Assembly: GCA_000002445.1 (NCBI GenBank)
Contig: CP000071.1
Span: 480,001-544,000, forward strand
Direction: 5' to 3'
Length of the DNA: 64,000 bases
From: Trypanosoma brucei
Lineage: Eukaryota
The notes beneath the pieces were generated by a model. That model saw only the letters and a program-made list of their open reading frames with translations. It ran no database searches and was not told the DNA's origin. A program made the position numbers and the translations under genes. Shown here piece after piece: positions 10,829 through 19,314 of the stretch. The stretch's first letter is position 1. Each line of letters begins with the position of its first letter.

Positions 10829-12053
10829 ATGTATGGGATGAACAGAGGAGGAGGCGGTGGATACCGCAACGACCGGATGGGTGCACTCGGTGCCAACCTA
10901 CAGGATGTAAAGTGGGACCAGGTGAATGTTGTGGCTCCTCAGTGGAACTATTACAAACCCCAGGAGCGTTGCAGTGACGAGGAGGTGGCACAATACATGC
11001 GCGACAACCACATTACTATTTATGGTGATTCCGTGCCCCAGCCAATGCTCAAGTTCTCTGACCTCGTTGCGCCGGACACCATTCATCAGGCATTCATAGA
11101 CCTCGGCTACAAGAGCCCGACCCCAATTCAGTCTATCGCCTGGCCAATCCTTCTCAACTCACGCGACCTTGTCGGCGTGGCGAAGACCGGATCCGGCAAG
11201 ACCATGGGTTTCATGGTCCCTGCCGCCCTTCATATAATGGCGCAGCCGCCCATCCGCGTGGGTGAGGGTCCCATTGCTTTGGTGCTCGCGCCGACGAGGG
11301 AACTTGCGGTGCAGATCGAAGAGGAGACGCGTAAGGTGCTACGACGTGTGCCGACCATCACGACGGCGTGTTTGTATGGCGGTACACCAAAGGGGCCGCA
11401 AATCCGTGCCCTTCGAGCTGGGGTACATGTCTGCATTGCAACTCCCGGCCGCCTCATCGACCTGCTGGAGATTCGCGCTGCCAATCTTCTGCGCGTGACG
11501 TTCCTTGTGCTTGACGAAGCGGACCGTATGCTTGATATGGGGTTCGAGGTGCAAATTCGAAAGATTTGCCAGCAGATTCGCAAGGATCGGCAGACGCTTA
11601 TGTTCTCGGCAACGTGGCCCCAAGAAATAAGGAACCTCGCTGCTAGTTTTCAACGTGACTTCATCCGTGTTCATGTTGGATCTGAGGACCTAATTGCGAA
11701 CGCTGATGTTACTCAGCACGTGAGTGTGGTGGAAGATTACGACAAACAGCGGCGGCTGGAGGAGATTCTGCAAAAGGTTGGCAAGCAGAGGGTTCTCATC
11801 TTTGTAAAGACGAAGCGTACCGCTGATTCCCTGCACCATTCGCTACAGCGCCTCATTGGAGGCTCAGTGATGGCCATCCATGGTGATAAGGAACAATCGC
11901 AGCGCGATTATGTGCTTGACCGCTTCCGTCGCGACGAAAGGTCCGTGCTGGTAGCAACGGACGTTGCCGCCCGCGGGCTTGACATTAAGAACCTCGATGT
12001 GGTGATTAACTTCGACATGCCCACAAACATAGAAGATTACGTGCATCGTATTG
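10829..12053 (+). CDS. DEAD-box ATP-dependent RNA helicase (DDX5/DDX17/Dbp2-like), exon 1, ending inside motif VI at a 5' splice site
   Basis: Motif order is Q-motif, 'AKTGSGKT' (motif I), 'PTRELA', 'GG', 'TPGRL', 'VLDEADRMLDMGF' (DEAD), 'SAT', 'ARGLD', then 'HRIG'. The genomic ORF then reads M-stop at 12059-61. The sequence G|GTATGTGAAT at 12053/12054 is a canonical 5' splice site. Confidence 0.85.
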
Positions 12054-12178
12054 GTATGTGAATTGCAATCCGGTTGAGTTCAACTACGTGCTTTCCCCTC
12101 TTCGCTTTGCTTCCCCTTCTCTCACCCCCTCTCCACTGCATAGGCGCAAAACATAGGCACATTCCACAACGCCAGAAG

Positions 12179-12180
<2 letters not shown>

Positions 12181-12227
<47 letters not shown>
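12181..12227. repeat. (CA)n microsatellite, about 24 units, inside the putative helicase intron
   Basis: 'acacacac…' read directly. The ORF track shows (HT)n and (CV)n translations on the two strands. Confidence 0.95.
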
Positions 12228-12232
<5 letters not shown>

Positions 12233-12430
12233 TTACACGTATGTACAGTGGTGTGTAAACCTATATATGGGTTTCTGCCACTGTATTCTTCTCTGTTTTC
12301 GGTTGTGCGTTTTGTTCTTACCCCCGATTTGGTTCTCATGTCTTCCATGCACACGTGCAGCAGGCACTAGGGGAATTAGACGTAAATACTGGTAGGTTAA
12401 CGCAATAGGAAGCTTCTACTGATTTTTTTG

Positions 12431-12450
12431 ATATATATATATATATATAT
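12431..12450. repeat. (AT)10 microsatellite inside the putative helicase intron
   Basis: 'atatatatatatatatatat' read directly. Confidence 0.9.
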
Positions 12451-13377
12451 GTATATGCGTATGTGTGTGCTGCCTATCTCTGTATATAGGGTGTGACGCG
12501 GGGATAGCCAAAGAAGTAGTGTGTTTCGACGCGTGTGTAGGATGTGCCTTTATGTTTGTGTTTGTGTATGTGTCTTTCCCCTCCCCGCCTCCTCTCTCCG
12601 TGGCAGTCGGCTAACGGCAGGCGACTCACTTTCGCTTCAGTGCAGCGCGTTGTGCACGCGCAATGGGTTAGTGGTAGTTGCCAGGCGCTTAGGGAGTAAA
12701 TTGTTGCACATCTATCGTTTTGGTACTTCAGTTATACATGTGTGTGTGTGGAGATAGTTTCTCCCACTTTACGTATGTAGGGATGCTTCCACGTGGGAAT
12801 ATACGTGCGAACGTACCGTGCCTGAAGTAGTGCGGTAGCAACAATCCCTTTGTTCGTGCATGTGTGCGTGTTTGGTACATCTGAATGAATGAATTCTCTG
12901 AAGTGGCTATACGCAAGGAAGTGTCCCATAGGTTTGCAAGGATGAGGGTCGCTCGGGCCTGTACCTGTGGCACATTTCCCTCTGTGTGTGTGTGTATGCG
13001 TTTTTGTTTTGCGTCGGCCACAGAACCAGAGTTCACATGTACCATTAATGCGCAAGCACATATGGCACTCCGCTCTCTTTCCGCTTGTTGGATACAGAGT
13101 CTCCCCCTGCGCGGCGCAGCGAAGTGAGGTAGTACGCTGGTGTCGCCGGCTGTCACGATGCTCCCTTCTTCAACAACTTTTAGAAGTTGGTTACTTCTGT
13201 ACATTTGCTGAAAACTTTCTTTTCTCTTCTCCTTTCTCTAATTTCACTTCCCCTTGACATTGCCGTTGCTCTCATTGTGATGTGGTGTTGTTGTGCGCAA
13301 CGATACCATTTCAATTGGCGACATGTTTGACAAACTGCCGCACATCAATGTCAACTTCCTTACTGTCATATGAAAAG

Positions 13378-13862
13378 GGCGTACCGGTCGTGCCGGGCAG
13401 CGTGGTGATGCTTACACATTTGTTAGCGGTGCCGATCCGTCCAAGACTGTTCGTGACTTGATCGACATTCTTCGCCGCGCCAATCAGGAGATTCCACCAG
13501 GGCTTCACTCGCTTGCTGGCCGCGGTGGCGGTGGCAGTGGCGGTGGCGGCTTCCGTGGGGGCCGTCGCGGAGGGTACGGTGGGGGCGGTGGCGGTTACGG
13601 CTACGGCCGCTCTGGTGCGCAGTACGGCTCTGGGCCCACATACGGCAGGGATTACCGTGGCGCTCCATCCCACCATCAATCGGGTATTTCTGTTGGTGGC
13701 AATACATCTGATGCCTATTGGAGAGGGGGAGCGCCACCGCCTGGTCAACAGCCTTACTATCCGGTGTGCGGAGGTAATAAACGGACCCGTGAGGTGTCCG
13801 GCGGCTTTCACTCAGATCCTCAGAACTCGTACCGTCAGCAACCGACGGGTGGTTCTTATTAG
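13378..13862 (+). CDS. DEAD-box RNA helicase exon 2: end of motif VI plus an RGG/Gly-rich C-terminal tail
   Basis: The in-frame translation is '[43 protein letters not shown]…' followed by '[33 protein letters not shown]…'. An RGG tail like this is typical of DDX5/Dbp2. The stop is at 13860-62. The assembled protein is about 569 aa. Confidence 0.75.
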
Positions 13863-15040
13863 ACTTTTTCTTTAGGGTCTTGATGACATTATAGGATTTT
13901 TTTTTAGTGTACCGAAAGAGAGATGACGGTGAAAGGGGAAGTGGACATCAACTCCTTTGCTTATTCCCTGATGCCAATGGCACTACCACTGTTTCTGACA
14001 CTAGCTTTTGCTCGCACCGAAAGGCATTGCCAAGGTTGGCAATGAATTGAGGTAGTTGCGGTGCCGAGGTTAGTGGTTGGCCGCGTGTGTGGCGTGTTAG
14101 AGAAGGGAAAGGGAGATATTAAATGACAGGTAATAATTGTATGGACGATACGCATGCATATATCTCTATTTACCTATGTTAGTGCGTTTGCGCGCTTAGC
14201 ATGTCCGTCCCTTTCGGCTGTAAGGATGCGGAGAGGCAAGATGTGGGTTAGGCAGAAGCTTCAGTTATGCTACCTTTTTGGGTGCGGTTTGTTGTCTGGA
14301 AGCTTACCAACCCTTGCCCAACTTTTCGTATGCTTTTAATTTATTTTTCCAAATTAAAGTTGTGCGCCCTTTTGTTTTGCGTTTGTCCCCGTTCCATTCC
14401 ACTCGGCTTCACCTCGTTTTTGTTTTCAATTTTACTCTCGTCGGCGGCCGTCGCTGCATCTAGCAGACTCCACATACCTGCGGGAAGGGCGCAGTCTTTT
14501 TGCTTCCACACACTCACTCAAAACAGGCGATGAAAGGGATGAAAAACAAAGTTGGGAAAGCAAAACGTGTGTGTGTTTGCGCTCTTTAAAAATCATTCTG
14601 CGTTCATTCTGTTGACAACCAATTTTGTAAGCGGAAGAGAGTAGCTTGAATTTTGGCTGATGCAAATCCTTGTTCACGTACAACCCTCCGCTTTTTTTGA
14701 CTAAATATATATTTATTCTTTTCCCATTGACTCGTTAACTCTTTGTAGGTGCTGGGGGAGTATGGTAAAGCGTGACGCCGCTACTGTGTGAAGGTGCGGG
14801 GGAGGGTTATTTCTTATTCCCCATTTCTTTTGCGTGCCGTGAATATCTTCAATCTATTTTCCCTTCCCTCTCCTTCATTTATCTCTTTGTGCGGCTGTGC
14901 GATCTTCCGTTTCACTTCTTCACCGTCATTTGGGCCGTGATGTTATCGGATATTGAAGGGAGCGGCCGAGTGGAACCGCGTGAAGAAGGGACAGTAGGAA
15001 GGACCTGATACAAGGGAGGAAGAGTAGGTGAGGGAAAGTG

Positions 15041-16219
15041 ATGTCGCTCCCCGCTGTGGATCTTAAGTTCCTTTCGAACGTTTCCCGACGGCTGCAGGAA
15101 CGCGCTCTCCACGTTTACGTGCCGGGGGATTCGCGATCTTCCGTCGCCATCATCTTCCGCTTCGGAGATGACCGGCAGCAGCACGCCGTACGCCGCCTAC
15201 TTGCGGGTGCAAAGGAAGTGCAACAGGTGTTCCAACGACATTTATCGGCTGGTATAGGTATGGACCTCCCATCAACATTACAAGTACTGCTGGTAAGGCG
15301 ATTAGATTTAGTTAAGGACCGGTGGAGTGGGAGTGTTACGTACCCGGGCGGACGTCGCGACAGGGGTGACGCAGACGACTACAGCGCACTGTGCGCAAGG
15401 GTGAATGAAATGCTTGGAATTCCTCTGACTTCCTCAGAGTTTCTTCTTCTTGGTCGTCTCCGTGACTATCCGATCCGGAGCCGCCGCTTGCAGTTGGGAG
15501 GTATGGTGCAGTCCCGCTTCGTATTCTTGCACATTGGTGAGCTTGCCCCAACACTGCGTTTCGCCTCGCATATGGTAGAGGCTGCACGGTGGATTCCCTT
15601 CAGTGCTTTAGAGGTGAATCAGCGTTGCGCGCGAAGCACCGTGTCTCATCCGTTAAGGTCTTTTGTCCACCCCTCTGATGCTGAGACACGTTTGTTATTG
15701 ACGGAGCTGTTCCCTCATGCGTGTCTGTCTTTTCCCGCTGTGCAGGTGCCGGACCAGCAATGGAAGGTGTGGGGTTTGGCTCTGCGTTCCGCAAGTGAGT
15801 TGATGGCTCTCGATGACCGCTCAACCGCGGACTGGCCACTGGTATCATCAAATAATGCCCTCCTACAGCATTTTGTTATTGACCCGTTGCATGGGTACTA
15901 TGAACTTCTGTACACTTACCACCGTGTGAGGGGGCAGTGGGGGCGCAAAGGTAATGAGCTGCGAAACCTCTCGAGGTGCGACGTGATTCCGCCCACTTGC
16001 CACCCGATTCTTTGGGCCGTATCGGATGAGGCGAACCCACGGCACGTTTTTTTTCTGCTCCTATGTGCAGCCTTTGTGACTATGATGGCGTATGCCATTG
16101 CTACTGTCGTTCATGGTGCATGCACTGTGGTCCGCTTGGCTTTTGGTTGTAACGAGGGGGATGGGTTTGAGAGGACGTTGGGGTATTGCACAGCATCAAA
16201 CAATGATGGAGAGGTGTAG
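15041..16219 (+). CDS. Nudix-family protein, CoA-pyrophosphatase-like, with a degenerate Nudix box
   Basis: 'VTYPGGRRDRGDADDYSALCARVNEMLGI' aligns to the NUDT7/8-type box 'FPGGKxDxxDxxxxxTALREAQEEVGL'. The catalytic REx2EE appears as RVNEM. The first ATG is at 15041; the ORF track began at the GTG at 15038. Confidence 0.5.
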   Translation: MSLPAVDLKFLSNVSRRLQERALHVYVPGDSRSSVAIIFRFGDDRQQHAVRRLLAGAKEVQQVFQRHLSAGIGMDLPSTLQVLLVRRLDLVKDRWSGSVTYPGGRRDRGDADDYSALCARVNEMLGIPLTSSEFLLLGRLRDYPIRSRRLQLGGMVQSRFVFLHIGELAPTLRFASHMVEAARWIPFSALEVNQRCARSTVSHPLRSFVHPSDAETRLLLTELFPHACLSFPAVQVPDQQWKVWGLALRSASELMALDDRSTADWPLVSSNNALLQHFVIDPLHGYYELLYTYHRVRGQWGRKGNELRNLSRCDVIPPTCHPILWAVSDEANPRHVFFLLLCAAFVTMMAYAIATVVHGACTVVRLAFGCNEGDGFERTLGYCTASNNDGEV

Positions 16220-16661
16220 CGAGTCGTTTTTTTTTTTTGTCATGTCCGAACACATATATGAGTGTTGGTGTAGCCGTGGGGTACATCTTTTCCTCCGGGC
16301 TTGTTTTGGGCGTCTAGTACGGAGATGAGGAGGGTGTCCACTTCTCCCCTCTACCCGTTGTCGCATTACTGAGCCTACATGGGCCTTCGGGTAGTCGCCA
16401 ATCTTCACAGATATGTACGGAGTAATAACCACCAATGCTTTCTTCTTTGCTCACTGTCTTTTCTGGTCGATAATTCTCAACGTGGATTATTATTGCCATC
16501 TCACTGTTTCTCTTCTTCTACACTTTCTTCACATGCTTCGCCCGTTTCGTGTGGTTTAGTCGCTCAGCATCCACCGATAGGCTTGTGGTGGATTACACAA
16601 CAGCTAAGCGTGGCAAAGCGTGTGAGTGAGCTGGGCTGGCTGGCTGGCGTCCCCCACGGCT

Positions 16662-18110
16662 ATGCTGTTGAAGCTTGGCGCTGTGTTACTTCTTCTTGTG
16701 CTGTATCATGTCGGCTCACTCTTTAGCCGGCTGGTGTTTGTGTACACAATTCAGCAGGGCACCACGAAATTTTGCTTTCGTTTTGTCTTCGCTTTATCGA
16801 CGTACGCGTTCATCCTGCTGCTGCTGGACGCCTCTCAGGTTAGTGAGCGCATCAAGAGCAACTTTAGTATCCAGACACTGCGCTGCGTGCTCGCGGTGGA
16901 TTTGGTCCTCATCGCACTCTTTTGTCCCTTTCTGGTAGTCCGGTCATTGCTGCCTAATGTGCGGTTGTATTATTTCTTTCTGGTGCTGCTTGCCTGTGGG
17001 CTGGTGAAGATGCTTTTTGGCGCTTCGGTGGCGGCATGGAGTTGGACGTTGAGTAGCACGCAGGGCATTCCCACCCTGTTTTCTTGGGATGTCGTGAGTG
17101 TAGCTGTTTCCACTACCGGGGTTGTTGTTGTGGGTCTCCTCTCAGGTTACGCTGCTGTTACAACGCCACTGGCATTTGTTGAGCCGCTGTTCGAGCATGG
17201 GAGTGGGGACCAGGCCCGCCTCGCCGTTGGTGTGTTGGCAAAACGACAAAAGCACCTCTTGGAACTATGGATGTTAAAACGGCAGCAAATTGCACGGGCG
17301 TATGGCGCGGTGTCGAGGGCAGATGGGGGTCGTGACGGTAGCAACCGTGGCTCGATAGCCGCTGGCCGCCGCATGTGGAATTGGGTCGCAAATTCCATTT
17401 ATTCAAGTGTTCGCGCGAGTGGCGCCGATATCGCAGCGATGGAGACGGAGAGTGATGGCATTCGGGCCGTCAGCATGGCGGTGTTTTTGCAGATGAGTGA
17501 GATGGACACATTGGTGCGGTCGGCGGGGAGTGGAGAAACGTGGCGCAGGCGGTTCAACGCACTGTTTGGCCTCATTCTGTTTACGCATGCTCTCGTTAAG
17601 TTTCTTTCTACCGTCATTAGTCTTCTAAGGTGGGGTGTGCTTGCAGCTGAAAACGCCGCCCCGCATAGGGAGGACACCGCCACCAAGGTGATGAACTTCT
17701 TAGAAGCGTATGGGCTTGCAACTCCTCATGGGGATGGGGCGGAGCAGCGAGTTGTGTGGGTGTCTATAGCGCTCAACGCCTGGATGATTGCCAGTGCGAT
17801 TCGAGGTTTCTTCCTGCTGGTGTTTCGGCTCACGACCCACATTGCATTTATTAGCCTGGACACTACCGTAACAATTTTGACGGCGGGAATGGGAGCCTTC
17901 TTCGTCGGGCAGTTAGTGCTGTTACGCTTAACTCCTTCACTCGAGCGAGAGAGTGTGCTGTACACCGCCCTGCGTGAACAACTGCCGCAGCACGGGGCAT
18001 ATTGCCATCTTAACGATTTAGTGTTTGTTGTAGCGGCCGCCCTTGTTGCCATGATGCGGCGATGCATGTTCTCATCTTCTGCCACTGCTTTGTGTGCCGC
18101 CGCAGATTAA
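16662..18110 (+). CDS. GPR89/Golgi pH regulator (GPHR/ABA-GPCR) family multi-pass membrane protein
   Basis: There are multiple hydrophobic helices. 'VGLLSGYAAVTTPLAFV' matches the GPHR hallmark 'ALLSGFGAVNCPYTYM'. 'ASAIRGFFLLVFRL' matches GPHR 'VTSIRGLLITLTKF'. A basic 'KRQKHLLELWMLKRQQIARA' loop is present. The ORF track began at the GTG at 16626; the first ATG is at 16662. Confidence 0.6.
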   Translation: MLLKLGAVLLLLVLYHVGSLFSRLVFVYTIQQGTTKFCFRFVFALSTYAFILLLLDASQVSERIKSNFSIQTLRCVLAVDLVLIALFCPFLVVRSLLPNVRLYYFFLVLLACGLVKMLFGASVAAWSWTLSSTQGIPTLFSWDVVSVAVSTTGVVVVGLLSGYAAVTTPLAFVEPLFEHGSGDQARLAVGVLAKRQKHLLELWMLKRQQIARAYGAVSRADGGRDGSNRGSIAAGRRMWNWVANSIYSSVRASGADIAAMETESDGIRAVSMAVFLQMSEMDTLVRSAGSGETWRRRFNALFGLILFTHALVKFLSTVISLLRWGVLAAENAAPHREDTATKVMNFLEAYGLATPHGDGAEQRVVWVSIALNAWMIASAIRGFFLLVFRLTTHIAFISLDTTVTILTAGMGAFFVGQLVLLRLTPSLERESVLYTALREQLPQHGAYCHLNDLVFVVAAALVAMMRRCMFSSSATALCAAAD

Positions 18111-19314
18111 TGGGGAATAACATTTCACGTTGTGTGTATAAGTTCTTCGCAGCGATATATGCTTATATGTGCTTGTGAGGGATGAAGGCCACAACAAGTA
18201 TTACTGGCGAAGCAACCACAGCTGGAAATGTCGTTTCTGGCCATCACTGTGCCGGGGGCTCATACGCCACTCTCTCTTACCGTATGGCGTCTTGCGGTCG
18301 TTGTTGTGTTCGCTGCTGTGCTGTTGTGTTTGTGGGTAGTTAGTAACAGCAGCGGGTACGTGGTGAAGATGGGAATGGCGGCGCTTATGTCCGTGGGTGG
18401 CCAGAGACAACAGCACCAATCGATGCACAAAGACGAGGAGGAGGAGGGAAGGGGGGCGTAAGCGGTTACCGGCAACAACTTCCCTAACTTCTTCCAATCT
18501 GTGATAAGTAGCTGCATTTATGGTTACCACATTCTTCTTGTAATTTATTGTTGAGGGGCTATAAGACCCCGACGCATGTGCGCGTATAGAAGGGGAGTGC
18601 CACATATGGATTCAGGCCACTGTACGGGCCACGTTGGAGTTTCGGTTCCGCCATTGGCTAGTGGTTTGCATACATCCAGTGGGCACAACATTCAGGTGGG
18701 TGTCGTTTCGTGTTGAAACATTACTTATTTCCCCTTCTTTGTTTGGTTTCTGAGTGCTGTCCCTCCTTTTCCTTTTCCTTTACAAAGAAATGAAATGGCC
18801 CAGCCCCCTTTGTTTATCTTCAAATGCCGCTCTCTTCTTGAAGGGTGACCGCGCGTTATCACTTTTACTTTTTTTTTTTTTGAAGATGTCTTAGTGTTAT
18901 CTCTTCTCGTTTGAGGTGCAGGCGTCGTTTTTTTTTTTCGTTTCGGTGTTCATTCGTTGTATTGCTTTCGGACCTTCGGTGTTGGTTCCGTTGAAGTGGT
19001 ACACCCGTAGCGAGTTGGTGTCTGACCTTCTCTTTGTTGTCGCTTTCCTCTTTCACATGATATTTATGTATCCCCTTTTTTCTGCTTTTCTCTTTCGGCC
19101 TGGCTCCGTTTGTTACTGATTTTAACAATCTTTTTCCCTTCATCCTTTTTGTTTCCTTTGGGCTCGCTACGAGCTTGCGTGAAGCGCACGTGCTGTTACA
19201 CATACACAAAAACACACAAACACGTGAGCACATCGTATCCAGGCCTTTATATATCACAAACAAAGGAACCATCGGCGGTTGGGGTTGTACCTGAAAGCTG
19301 ATAGACAGGCTCTA

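Larger units (their letters stand above)
12054..13377 (+). other. Putative cis-spliced intron of the DEAD-box helicase gene (GT…AG, 1324 nt)
   Basis: The 5' end is GTATGT. The 3' end reads 'cttccttactgtcatatgaaaAG|GG'. Joining 12053 to 13378 recreates a Gly codon (G+GG) and the in-frame sequence [18 protein letters not shown]. The interval contains (CA)n and (TA)n microsatellites. Confidence 0.75.

Noticed and set aside
10829-12061. DEAD-box helicase looks like a C-terminally truncated pseudogene (stop after HRIGM)
   Set aside because: The truncation coincides with a GTATGT 5' splice site. The missing RTGRAG…RGG tail is present in frame downstream of an AG at 13377. I call this a split gene, not a pseudogene.
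13311-13811. 166-aa minus-strand ORF overlapping helicase exon 2
   Set aside because: It is the antisense of the Gly-rich RGG-coding region. The + strand frame continues the helicase motif VI exactly.
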